Source of the DNA: Callorhinchus milii
Taxonomy: Eukaryota
Assembly (NCBI RefSeq): GCF_018977255.1
Contig: NW_024704742.1
Coordinates: 30,506,001-30,570,000 of the forward strand
DNA: 64,000 bases
Direction of reading: 5' to 3'
Shown piece by piece: positions 35,600-48,034 of the stretch (positions within the stretch are counted from its first letter, which is position 1; every line of letters begins with the position of its first letter). The position numbers and the translations under genes were made by a program. Under the pieces are notes generated by a model, which was not told the origin of the DNA, did no database searches, and saw only the letters and a program-made list of their open reading frames with translations.

Positions 35600-37340
35600 A
35601 TATAAAGTGGGAGGGAGGTATTTCCCCCGATTCTGAGAGCTTAAAGGGTAAAGGGATGAGGCACTTATACACAGACCACCAAACAGTGGGAAGGAGATAG
35701 ACGAGCAAATCTGTAAGCAGATTTTAGAAAGATGCAAAATCAATAGAGTAGTGGTAATGGGAGGCTTCAATTATCCTAACATATACTGGCAAAATAACAG
35801 TGTAAAGGGCAAGAAGGGAGAAGGATTCCTGAAATGTGTGCAGGATAACTTTCTGGATCAGTACGTTTCCAGTCCAACGAGGAAGGAAGCAGTGCTGGAT
35901 CTAGTTCTGGGGAATGAAGTGGGGCAAGTGAAGCAGGTTTCAGGAGGAGAGCATCTGGACAACAGTGATCACAACATCATTAGATTTAGAGTACTTATGG
36001 AAAGAGACAAAGAGCAATCAAAGGTGAAGAAATACATTCTCATAAATGGGAAAGGTAGGACATCCAAACCTCCCTGGATGAATAAGGAAATTGGGACTAA
36101 AATAAAACAGAAAAAGGAGGCTTGTAAGTGTCACATAAGAGACTTGTAAGCAAAATAGAAGCCCATGGTATTAAAGGGACAGTGGCAGCATGGACACAGA
36201 ACTGGCTGGGAGACAGAAAGCACAGAGTGGTGGTGAACAGTTGTTTTTCTGACGGGAGAGAAGTATGCAGTGGTGTCCCCCAGGGGTCTGTATTGGGACC
36301 ACTGCTGTTTTTGATCTAAATATATGACCTGGATTTGGGTATAGGGAGTACAATTTCCAAGTTTGCAGATGATACTAAGCTAGGAAATATAGTAAACAGT
36401 GAGGAGGACAGAAGCAGACTGCAAATGGACATAGACAGACTGGTAAAATGGGCAGACACGTGAAAGCGCTTCACAGCTGAAGTGATTGACTTTATTGTGG
36501 GAGCAATGCAACAGTGAATGACCATTTTATTTTTTTGGAGGAAGAGTAAGGACAGGTCTCTCACTGCAAGCGATGGTACAATCTTAAAGGGGGTGAAGGA
36601 GCAGAGAGACCCGGGGGTTCATATAAGTAAATCTTTGAAGGTGGCAGGACAGGTAGATAAAGCAGTTAAAAAAGCATACAGGGTATTAGGCTTTATAAAT
36701 AGGGGCATAGAATACAAAAGTCAGGAAGTTATGATGAACCTTTATAAAACACTGGTTAGGCCTCAGCTACAGTACTGTGTTCAGTTGTGGGCACCACACT
36801 TTAGGAAGGATGTCAAGGCATTGGAGACTGCAAAGGAGATTTACCAGGATGGTACCAGGAATGAGGGACTTCAGTTATGAGGAGAGGCTAGAGAAGCTAC
36901 GATTATTCTTCTTGGAGCAGAGAAGAATAGGAGGAAACTTAATAGAAGTTTTCAAAATTATGAGGGGATTCGATAGGGTGAACAAGGAGAAATTATTTCC
37001 ATTGGTGGGTGGGTCAGTGACCCGAGGACACCGATTTAAAATAGTTATTAAAAGAAACAGAGGGGAGGTGAGGAGAAATATTTTCACACAGCGAGTTGTT
37101 CAGATCTGGAATGCATTGCCTGAAAGGATGGTGGAAACGATTTGATAACAACTTTTAAGAGAGTAGATAATTATTTGGGGAGGAAAAGTTTGCAGGGCTA
37201 TGGGAAGAGAGTGGAGGAGTGGGATTGAATTGGATAGCTCTTTTCAAAGAGCCGGCACATACATGATGAGCTGAAATGGACTCCTTCTGTGCTGTATAAT
37301 TCTATGATTCTACGATTCTATGATTCTATGATTCTATGAT
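35600..37340 (+). mobile_element. CR1-clade LINE, internally deleted (AP-endonuclease part, RT C-terminal half, 3' UTR)
   Basis: Motifs YRPP, GFNYPNI, LDLVL, SDHN (endonuclease); SGVPQGSVLGPLLF and FADDTKLG (RT); RRNIFTQRVVQIWNALP; ends in (ATTCTATG)n CR1 tail at ~37299-37340; stops and frameshifts. Confidence 0.93.
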
Positions 37341-38397
37341 ATAAACCACAACAACAACAACAACTTGCATTTACATAGCGCCCTTCACATGGGGTAGCGT
37401 CATAGCGCTCAGAGGTTACAGATTGGATTTTTAGTCTACGATGAGTTATTGCTGCAGGTTATTACATGATAAACTTGAAACGATTAAGCCACAAGCATTA
37501 ATCCTTCAGAGTAGATACATGATACATACTGCCAGATGTGTAATGTGGCACATATTGCCAAGGAACTCTCTACCACTTGCCCCTCCCAAGAAAGCAGCAT
37601 TCCCTAACTCCACAGTACATACAGTGTGAGGAAATAAATGTCAACTAACGATATGACCAAGAGGTTCATGTGACAGTTATAAACCGCTCCAGACATTTAG
37701 TGTCTTGGATTAGGGAAGAGAAATTAACAAGCGTTCCCGCTTCTAATCACTAGCCAGATCTGTTCTGTGAACATCAGGTGAAGGCAGCATTGAAAGCAAC
37801 TTAACTATATTACATAATAATCCTTGTATTTGATATAGGGCCTTATCACTTCCAGTTGTCTCAAAGCAGTTTTTACCATAAATTGCAGTATATTTGTAGG
37901 CAAAACATACCAGCCAATTTATGCACAGCAATGCCCCGCAAACAGCCATGAGGTGAAGGACTTATCAATGGACTGATTTTATTTGATCAATGGACTATAA
38001 TGGCCCCCACAGTTGAATAACTTGGTAAAGTTCATTATCAATGTTTGTGACTGAACAATGAGTCCTTTTGGACAGTGCCTGGCCACCATGGTTATATCCT
38101 AATAGAAGAAACAAATCGATTCTCTTGATGGGATTAGTGCTATATAACTTGTTGTTGCCTATCCTTCATGTGGATGTGAAAGATGCCACAACACCATTGG
38201 GAAAGAGAAGGGAGGTACTCCCAATGTCCTGGCCGACAATCCTCCATATTAGCCGGCTGTCAAATGTAAGATATTCTATTGTTAATTTGCATCTGAAGTG
38301 AAGGGGTCTGAATATTTCACACCCACAAGAGTCAGCGAGCATCTTTTATACAGTACCTCTATACCATCCTCTGCTGAGATGTGCCTTTGGCAGCAGA

Positions 38398-38768
38398 GTA
38401 GCTCAGTGGTTAGAGCACTCACCTTGCAAGCGAGACACCTAGTTCAATTCCAGGCAGGGTGAAACCTTGGGCAAGTTTCCTTACTCCATACGCCTAATAA
38501 TAATCATTCCAAAACAAAAAACAATAATAAATAATAAACAACAATCCACGACTGTTTGTGGGACATTGCTGTGTGCAATTGGCTGCCGCGTTTCGCCCAC
38601 AAATATACAGTCAACTCACTTTACAGCATATTCTGTGAAGCGCTTTGAGACGTCTCGAAGACGTGAAAAGTACTATATTAAATGCAAGGATTATTATTTC
38701 AGCACCTTGGAATGTCCTCCTGACATGAAAGGCACTATACAAATGTAATCTTGCTGTTGTTGTTGTTG
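38398..38768 (+). mobile_element. SINE family A short form directly followed by a solo L2 tail
   Basis: SINE 38398-38699; then CAGCACCTTGGAATGTCCTCCTGACATGAAAGGCACTATAC...(TTG)n. Confidence 0.88.
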
Positions 38769-39889
38769 ACGACATCTTGCAAAAAATTCCTTGTATTCTT
38801 TTCTGCCTTCAATTCCATCTGTCTCCCCAACCTGCTTCCCCTGCATTAGATTACTGCCTCTTGAACACTTCCAGTTATTCTTTTTTCTATCGTATACTAA
38901 AAAGAATCAATACAGAGCGGGATCACATCGGTGCCTCCCAGTGACAGGCTCCCTTTTCAACATGGTGGGCAGACTGAGTAGACTGCAGCTGTGGATTGGT
39001 GCCCATTCCGCCATCGTGGAGTCCCTAATGTAGTCCCATTACATCGTGCAGTTGTGTGGTGTCTCACATCATCTACTCTGGAAGGAGGGGAAAGAAAGGG
39101 GCCGCAAGAGGCAACGGTAGTAACTTTCATTTATGTACTGCCCTTCACACTGGCAGGGTTGGACACCAAGCTGTGGGTTGAGACTATATTTTGGTCTATG
39201 TTGTGGTCGGAGGGGCAGGTTTTAAGGTGGAACTTGAAAATAGATAAGAGAGGGAGTGAGGCACACAGAGCAGGTGTGAGGCAGGAAGTGAGAGGCAGGA
39301 GGTGCCACATTACTAGAGTTCTCTCGATCTATTAAAACAAATGTGCTTTCAAAAGCAGTCTCAGTGGAGATGACAGCTTCAAAAAACACCACGACTCTCA
39401 TAAGTACTGTATGATCAATGCAGGATTATTTGTTCTTTCATAGTTAGATGTAAAATCTCTCACGTCTTGATACCAAATTTCTCACTTGCAGTGAAGCCTA
39501 TATTCACAGGAGCAGCGCTCCACACCTGATGTGAATGTAGTGGCCTCTTCTCTGGGGAACAAAACTCAATACTGTGCTGGAATCGTATTACTGCCAGGCT
39601 CTTGGATTCAATCATGACCACAGCAAGTGCGAGATCACATTTGCAGAGGATCAGGACGAAACACAGTCTCTGCCAAGCGTAAAACTGTGACTACTATACG
39701 ACCAGGGATGTTTGTAGGACTGGTGATGGCAAACTAGAAGTGAGCAATGATATACTAGCTGAGGTCTGGACATTCTGAATAGGCTTAGTTGTGCGTATAA
39801 TCTCTTAGAGCAGTGCAAAATATGCAGGTAATTCAACTCTGCTCTGCTTAGTGTTTTATTATACTGAGAAAATACTTGGGGTCTCCAGT

Positions 39890-40125
39890 GAAGGCATGGA
39901 CTATTGCTGCCGTTCACTTCCGCAACCCTTGGAAAACGTCCTCAGTTATAACCATTCTTTGTTCGGGCAACTAGACAGTCAGTGCTCACAGCGTATCAAA
40001 GTGTTGCAGCCGAGCCTTGATGCAGGTCTCACCCGATGCACCCATTTTACAGCAGGCGTTACTGGCTACCAGCCAGAACCAGGCATGTTGACTAACTTCA
40101 AAACTCAAAACTCAACAGAGCAATA
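39890..40125 (+). repeat. Repeat family C copy
   Basis: TAACCATTCTTT...CTAGACAGTCAGTG...GCCGAGCCTTGAT...CTCACCCGA...CAGCAGGCGTTACTGG. Confidence 0.55.
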
Positions 40126-40162
40126 ACCAAATGGGCTGGAGTAGAGCACCAACACTAACTGT

Positions 40163-40470
40163 AAATAATAATGATAATAATCATTGCATTTGATATAGTG
40201 CCTTATTACATCGTTGAGATATCTCAAAGTGTTTCACAGGATATATTGTAAAGTGGATTGACTGTATTTTGTGGGTGAAACATGGCAGCTAATTGTGCAC
40301 AGCAATGTATCCCATAAGAAGTCTTGAATTGAGTGACCAAATTATTATTTTTTTTGCGGAGGGATTATTTATTACCCCAGAAAAGTGATCTGCCAATCGA
40401 CTAATAATCGGGTTCCTCCTTACTGCTAGGTAAACAGAGGCATGTGGAGTATGGAAATTTGCCTAAGGTT
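40163..40470 (-). mobile_element. SINE family A, long form, headless
   Basis: Collinear with 12632-12935. Confidence 0.85.
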
Positions 40471-42916
40471 CAGTTCTCTTTAACCTGGGGTTATGCTGAA
40501 TTAATTGGCATGCCTTCTTCTGGTTGATATCCAGGAACAGTCAGAGAAGTTTTCAGAGCGGAGAACAATTTGAGGGGAGGAGGGAATGGGGTGGGTGGGG
40601 AACGGGGGAGGAAAGAGAAACGGTGCAGAGTGTCTGTCAAATTTTGAGTCTGTCAAAAAAACTACCAACAATTTATCGACATCAATCTTTAGATGAACCA
40701 ATTTGGTACGAGCGTTCTGGCTTCAGTGATTATATTTTATGGATTTTGCTTAATCGAATTAGCTGCAATAATACCATGTCTGCCCTAATCTTGGTTGCTG
40801 TCGGTTTTCATTTCATCTGCACTTTCAGGCATGTAAAACACGGTTTCCTGCCGGTTGCAATTAAAAAGATAATCTCTTAGGTTTTGTGTTGGCTCATCTC
40901 ATTCACTGTCCCGGGAGCTCCAAAAAGCACGATCCACTGAAAACTGAGACAGTAAACACCTCTGACAGCATGACAACTGCTTCCCGTCATTTCCCTAACG
41001 GTGCTTTTCTTTCTCCTGACAGTTCATCACACCTCCACAGAGCTAAGGGACATTTGATGCATAAACAAGTGCACAAAAGCCATGCAGACTGACTAGAGTG
41101 TAGCAAAGGGAAAAAAAATGATATTTTTGAATTTGCAACGTTTTAAATAAGACCCAAGCACTCTGCTGACAAAAGTAACCAGATTCCTTTAGCGACCGTC
41201 CCGCTGGTTGTGGGCCATTGCGAAATCTGAATTCAAGAACTAGTTTTATTGACTTCTTTTTATTCTGTTCTCTTCTGATTCACAGTGAGCTATGTGCTCG
41301 CCCAGTTGTCTTTACAGTCTGTGCACGCCAACAGTACAGCAAAACCACAGTACCTCTTTAACAGTTACTGTGCATTATTTCCTCTCATAGCTCAGTACTG
41401 GCTAAAGTCAACATTACTGAAGCAGACAGCGACAGCTATAGAGCAACACACACACCACACAAAGCATTAGTTTGAGAAACAACGGTAGCAGCTACTGTAT
41501 ACTGACCTCGTATCTGAAGCACTTCTGAAGCGTGTGTAACTTAAAACAACAGAAGAGCCCGGAAACACTAATGACATACGCCTTATTTCCTAGCATCCCT
41601 CTGTTTAACAGAGAGTGACTCAAGGTGGGCAATGATTCCGATTAGCTTTTGGTTCACACAGGTCTGCCTGTGCGCATACCAATTATTCTTGCTCCATCAT
41701 GGGTGTGGATTTGGCAATTCTCCATCGTACACAGCTTTCTGCTTGTATCCACTTCTTCACATGGGATTGATTAAAGTGAAACTATTTCCACAAAGCCTGG
41801 GGGAGTGGGATGAGAATGGGTTTATTGGTGCAAATTTTATGATACATAACTTTTATGAGTCCTAAGATTGTAAATAACGAGTCACTTACTCTTCATTATG
41901 TTAAGAGTTCAAAGGTTCACTTACACTCATCCCGACTGATGGCACTTAATCATTTTATCATTTAACTGCTGTGTGACACAGGAAATCCCATCTCCAGGCA
42001 CATGCAGTGACACATGACTAGACACAGACTAGAGGTGAATGGACTGTGTGACATCAGCTTACTCAGATCACCCACGTTGCTCAATGGTAAGCGACTTTGT
42101 GGCTCAACAGACCTTACCAGAATTTCAAATGAAAAATAAATTAAACTCAACAATTTCAAAAAATAATAATCCTTACATTTGATACAGCGCTTTATCATGC
42201 CATCAAAATGACTCAAAGGGCTACACGGGATTTACTGCAGAGTGTCGTGATTGTGTATTTACACTTTTACAGCACCTGTTACATAGGGAAAACGTTTCAA
42301 AGTGCTTTTCAAAGACTGAGTGGGAGCACAAGCTGGAAGGGAAACAAGAAAAATGGCAGATGGATGAAAGCGTATATGTAAGATTTAAGACTGGTTTTGA
42401 AACTTGAAAGGGAATGGGTGAGGCAGAGAAATTTTGGACGAGAGTTCCAGAGGGCAAGGCAAAATGCTTGAAACTGCAAAGATCTCAAAGCTGATCTGCT
42501 CTAGGATAGGGAAAAGGTCAAGAACACCAGAAGAAACTCCCTTCTCTTTTTGAATAGTGCCGGGAGATTTTTAATGCCCACCTGAACAAACAGATGGGAC
42601 CTCAGCTTGACATCTCATCTGAAGAACGGCACCTACAACAATGTAGCACTCCCCAGGACTTCAAAGATAAAAATTGCATTCAATAAGGCTACAATACTTA
42701 CTTGATAAATACCATATCACATACAAGTATTGAGTACAGTTTTTGAAAGCTATTATAAGGACATGGAAGTAATGGGGGAAAAAAAATCAGTGTCCCCACA
42801 AGTTAAATGCTGACTTGATAAAAGATATTCAAGATTATGAAGCCTAGGGTTTATTTCCACTGGTGAGCGAATCAATAAAAAGATCTCCAAAGAGTAAAAG
42901 GTTAGAAATGTTGTTG

Positions 42917-43236
42917 TAATAATAATAATAATCCTTTCATTTGATATAGCGCTTTTTACGTCTTCTCGACGTCGCAAAGCGCTTCACAAAATAGACTGTA
43001 AAGTGAATTGACAGTATATTTGTGGGCAAAACGCAGCAGTCAATTGCGCACAGCAGTGTCCCACAAACAGTCGTGGATTGAAAGTGACCAATTTATTATT
43101 GTTCTTGTTTTTGGAGGGATTATTATTAGGCGTGAGGAGTAAGGAAACTTGCCCAAGGTTTCACCCTGCCTGGAATTGAACCCAGATGTCTCGCTTGCAA
43201 GGCGAGTGCTCTAACCACTGAGCTATAGGTCTCCAC
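42917..43236 (-). mobile_element. SINE family A, short form, full length
   Basis: A/B boxes and (TTA)n tail. Confidence 0.9.
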
Positions 43237-43696
43237 AGGTTGTACACATGAGTGGGTGATGGAAATGTAGATTTCTGTGCCACAACCTGTTGCCAAGAAA
43301 GCCCATGAATTACTAAAGAGAAATAGCCATTTTTTTTAAAAAAAAGAACATCATTGAGAATGTGAAGAGCCAGCAGAAGAGTAGGTTCAGACTAGGTGGT
43401 TCATATGTAGAAACTAAACAGGGCCAAATGACTTGGTTTTATATGGTATCATCCAACATTTCTATCGAGTAGAATTATAGTTTAGTGAAATGGAAGGTAG
43501 CATTCTTCTGGAAAATCTTCTCTGGATGTGACAGCACAAGACCACACATTAGGTTTCCTGTCTATCCCTAGGCTGGAATCACAGTGCTATGAAACAGTTT
43601 TCCTCTGACACATGGTGCAAATACATAAGATGAACCTCACAGGGCCACGAGGGAGAACTGGTGCCAGGACAAAAATTGAGTTCAGATGGGGATAAA

Positions 43697-44054
43697 AATA
43701 ATAATCCTTGCATTTCATATAGCGTCTTATCATATTGTTGAGACGTCTCAAAGCGCTTAATAGAATATACTGTAAAGTGAATTGACTGTGTATTTTGTGT
43801 ACAAAGTGCGAAACCAATTGCTTACAAACATTCGTGGATTGAGTGACCAGAATTTTTTTCAAGGGATTATTATCACTGGAAAAGCGATCCGTTAATCGAC
43901 TAACAATCGGGTTCCTACTTATTGCTAGGTAAACCAAGGCGTGTGGTCTAAGGAAACTTGCCTTAGGTTTTTCCCCATGCGGGACCCGGTTAACGTTCCC
44001 GGATCCTCTCACTTGCGAGGCGAGAACGTTAACCATTACTCTACAGGACTCCAC
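43697..44054 (-). mobile_element. SINE family A, long form
   Basis: Head ends CTACAGGACTCCAC at ~44054; long segment and tail present. Confidence 0.86.
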
Positions 44055-45004
44055 AAAAACACCTCAAGTGGGAAGTGTGGGAATGGGACTATAAACAGGA
44101 CTCTGGGAGAGACTGAACATATTCTAAAAGAACAGAAGTCCTCGTCTTGTTCAAGTACACAATATGCCAGCGAGATTTAGAATGGCTGTTTCCACTTTGC
44201 AACATACCATTCAAGCCTCTTGACTCCATTACTATCTCGCACGCAGTCACCTGCTAAAGCCTGTGTATACCATAACTTCAGAATGGAAGTTGCAATTCTC
44301 TATGTGATCGGAATAGATTCTGCCTTATTTGGCATAAAAGAAACGTGAGCCATCAGCTCAGCAATTCCACAATGCGGGAGTCAGACAGGGATTACTCTCA
44401 ATGTGTATACAATTCCTCCAGCTGCAGTCAGCTCGGGGGATGGGGGTGTGCGAAGTGGGGGATGCATTTGGCTTGCAATATAAGCCTCCCAACAGCAGAA
44501 AACGAATATCGTTGCCACCACAGCTGTTTTCCACTTCCAACAGTAATCATATTATTCAAATATTGCTACATTTGCCCAGTTATACAGAACAACGCTAACC
44601 ATTGGAAACTTGAGTATATTGCCAGCAGAGGTGGGAGTGATGAGCATCTGACATGACGGCAAAGTGTGGACTGGAAGAAAGTAAATATATTTCATATAAG
44701 TAGCTTCCCTTCACCACTACTATCATAAATAGACTGAGCTGTCATCTTGCTTCACAAGGTAGCATGCCTCTGACCACGTCAAACGATTTTTTTAAACATT
44801 TTTTTAAAAAATTGGCATCATTTTTTCCACTCAATAATATGACAAATTAAATATTTACTTACTCCTTGCAACCAGTATTCTCATCATGCAAGGTATAGTT
44901 TTGCCTTTATTTTGTTGTGCACAGAATAAAAATTCCCTCCGCTTTCTTGAAGGCTTGTAATGCTTCCTGTATTGTATTGCACAGAGTAAAGATCCATCCA
45001 CTCT

Positions 45005-45205
45005 GCTACTTCTCTTTTCAATTAGTGCCTTTGGATCTTTAACAGCCATCCGAACAGGCAGATGGGACCTCAACTTAATGTGTTATTTGAAGGATGGCAC
45101 TTCTGACAAGACAGCACTGCACTGGAATGCCAAGCTAGACTGTTAAGTTCAAAGTCCTGATGTGGAGGCTTGAACTTTCTGACTCAGATGCGAGCTTACT
45201 ACCAG
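45005..45205 (-). mobile_element. SINE family B, 5' half
   Basis: GGATCTTTAAC...CGAACAGGCAGATGGGACCTC...TTCTGACTCAGA. Confidence 0.75.
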
Positions 45206-45589
45206 TGAATCACCCAAAAAGCTTATATTTTGCAATGCATTATGTAGTTGTCCATTATGTGAATATGTGATTCATTCTGTCTTGTACAGATTACCATATA
45301 CCACTCAAATAGTGTCAGTTGGTAGCACGTCCGGTTCTGAATCAGAAGTTTTGCGTTCAAACCTCACGTTGATACTCACATAGTTTAAGACAGGGTTCTC
45401 CAACTGGTTGATCACTGCCTGGTGGTGCTTTCGAGCACGATCAAAAAGACAAGAGGAATGAGCAATAGAACTGCGTAAATATTTAGTCCAATTAAAAACC
45501 AAACCTGATGCACAAAGTATTTAGTGCATTTGGAAATAAAAGTGTAAACTTTTTTGTTTAAACCAAAGTAAATATTGCTCCTTCTTATA

Positions 45590-45963
45590 TTAATAAAAAT
45601 AGCCCTTGCATTTGATAAAGCACTTTTCACGTCTTCTAGACGTCTCAAAGCGCTTCACAGAATATAATGTAAAGTGAATTGACTCTATATTTGTAGGCGA
45701 AACTCAGCAGCCAATTGCACATAGCAGTGTCCCACAAACAGTCGTGGATTGAGTGACCAAATTACTATTGTTTTTTTTTGAAGGATTATTATCTCCGGAA
45801 AAGCGATCTGCCAATCGACTAACAACCGGGTTCCCACTTACTGCTAGGTAACACAGACTTGTGGAGTAAGGAAACTTGCCCAACATTTCGCCCTGCCAGG
45901 TATCAAACCCAAGTCTCTCGCTTGCGAGGCGAGTGTTCTAACCACTGAGCTACTGGACTCCAC
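45590..45963 (-). mobile_element. SINE family A, long form, full length
   Basis: Collinear with 12632-13012. Confidence 0.9.
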
Positions 45964-47002
45964 TCTTGTTTTTACTGAGCATGCATGAACTGTCACTTAG
46001 CAGTTATTGACCGGTTGCAGACACCTGGTCCAAGTTGACACTCCAATGCAGCGCCATGACAGAGAGAAAAGAGTTTTCCTGGTGTGCTCGCCAACAATCC
46101 CCCAAATAAAATGTATCATTCTTTTCATGGCTGCTTGGGGTCACTGCTGAATGTAACTGGGCTTCCATGTTTACCTACAAATACACAGTCACTCCACATC
46201 ACAGTAAATTCTGGCTGCTGTATTTTGCCCAGAATATATACAATCAATTCACTTTACAGTATATTCTGTGAAGAGGTTTAAGATGTTTTGAACACGTGCT
46301 AAGGCGCTATATCAAATGCAAGGATTATTATTAAATCCTGTAGGATGACCTCCTGATGTGAAAGGCACTTTATCAACAACAACAACAAATTGCATTTATA
46401 TAGCACCTTTCATGTTAGGAGGATGTCCCAGAACTCAAGCAGGGGGTGAGAGTTAAGAAGGCTGGAGGGCAAGTAGGGTGATGGTGAGAGGCGACATGAA
46501 AGGCGCTACACAAATGTAATTTGCGGTTGTTGCTCCCCTTTGGCAATGGTCCTGTGAATGAGGTAAGTTCTCCCCACCCCCCCGTCCCCACACGAGCTGA
46601 TGGAAGAGTTACTCTTCCTTCTACCCCCCCCCCCTCACCCCCATGGGCACTGGTGTTGAATCGGTTATTGTGGAGGACCTCACTACCGCCCATTTATTGT
46701 GTGCTGTTACGAATCTATGATTCTAATGCTTAAGTCTAAGTGTTGCTTTTCACTGCTCGTTGTCTCTCCTTGGTTGCTCAGGAGAGGGCTGATAATTTAT
46801 TTATAAGAATGTTTAATTAATAGTTTTGGTAATTGATGGAATATGCAGCTTCCAATGCCCACAAGTTGGAGCAGAAGTAATTACAATGGATAAGAGGGAA
46901 AGCAGCTTTGCTTTCTTTGTTTAAATTTTTATTTATTCTGGAGCTTAATTTATCAGGCAACCCCTCCTACTGGAGATAAGCCTCAAACACTTGCCTGATG
47001 GA

Positions 47003-47082
47003 AAATTCTGTCCGAAAGTTATATTTCACAGTGAAGACCAATACTCATTTTCACTGTAAAATATAACATTCAGGCAGAATTT
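47003..47082. repeat. 80-bp inverted repeat
   Basis: 35-bp arms, 30 Watson-Crick pairs, 10-nt loop. Confidence 0.9.
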
Positions 47083-47179
47083 GCTCTTGGCCCCACATCC
47101 TCAACCTTTTGCCAAAAAGATATCAGGAGATAAGTATGTACAACACCATTATGGATAATTACCAGCATTATACCACACG

Positions 47180-47420
47180 GACCAGAAGGTTACCAAATTA
47201 GCTGGTTTCAGCCAGTGGCAGCTACAATGCACTCTAACCTTCCTGGGTTAGGGAGGAGAAAATCATCCAGGGTTGCCACCCAAGTCCCTACAATGAGATG
47301 CTTATTGGAAGATGGGCTGTGTAGATGTTGGGTGAAGACCTCATCAGGCTCAGCTGTGATGCGTTCCTATCAAACAGTCTGCCAACACTCACTGTCAAGG
47401 TTCCCACATGGGCACTTGGA
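47180..47420 (-). repeat. Third, older interspersed repeat family C (probably a SINE; strand relative to the 50700 copy)
   Basis: Reverse complement (CATGTGGGAACCTTGACAGTGAGTGTTGGCAG) aligns with 50720-50752 and 39950-40070. Confidence 0.6.
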
Positions 47421-47489
47421 ACCATACCTCACTCAAAGAAAAACTGGGTCAGGAAGTCAAGAGGGAGGGAAAACCAAAAGCTGGACATC

Positions 47490-47955
47490 AAACAACCACA
47501 ACTGCCCTTCACGCAGTGTAGTATCCCAGAGCGCTTCACAGTGGCGGAGTATGACACCGAGCCGGGGGAAGAGGTGGTGGGGAGGTGTCCATAAGCACAA
47601 TCAAAAAGCAAAATCTTTAGGCAGAATTGAAGGCGGGGCGGGGGGGGAGTGGAGGGAGGGAGCAAGGCATAGGGATCGAGAGAGAGAGTTCCAGAGCTTC
47701 AGGGCATAGTAGCTGAAAGCACGGCCGCCAATGGTGTAGTAGAGGGGATGAGGAACAAACAGTTGAGCGGATGCAGCAGGTGGGGAGTGCAGGGATAGGC
47801 AAATCGGATGGGTATAGAGATGTGAGGGAATGAAGTGATTTGAAAACGAGTGAGGGGATCTTGAAATCGATCCTTTCGGTAATTGGGAGCCAGTAGAGCC
47901 CGGCAAGGACTGGTATGATGGCGGTACAGAGTTTTGTGCGGGTGAGACAGAGGGC
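47490..47955 (-). mobile_element. L2 3' fragment
   Basis: ORFs LAGLYWLPITERIDFKI and TIGGRAFSYYALKLWNSL on the minus strand. Confidence 0.88.
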
Positions 47956-48034
47956 AGAGGTCATCAGTATGACCTCATAGTCTTGCAAACTTTTACACAA
48001 CAAGAGAATTTTGGAGGTACTTGCATTTGTATGG

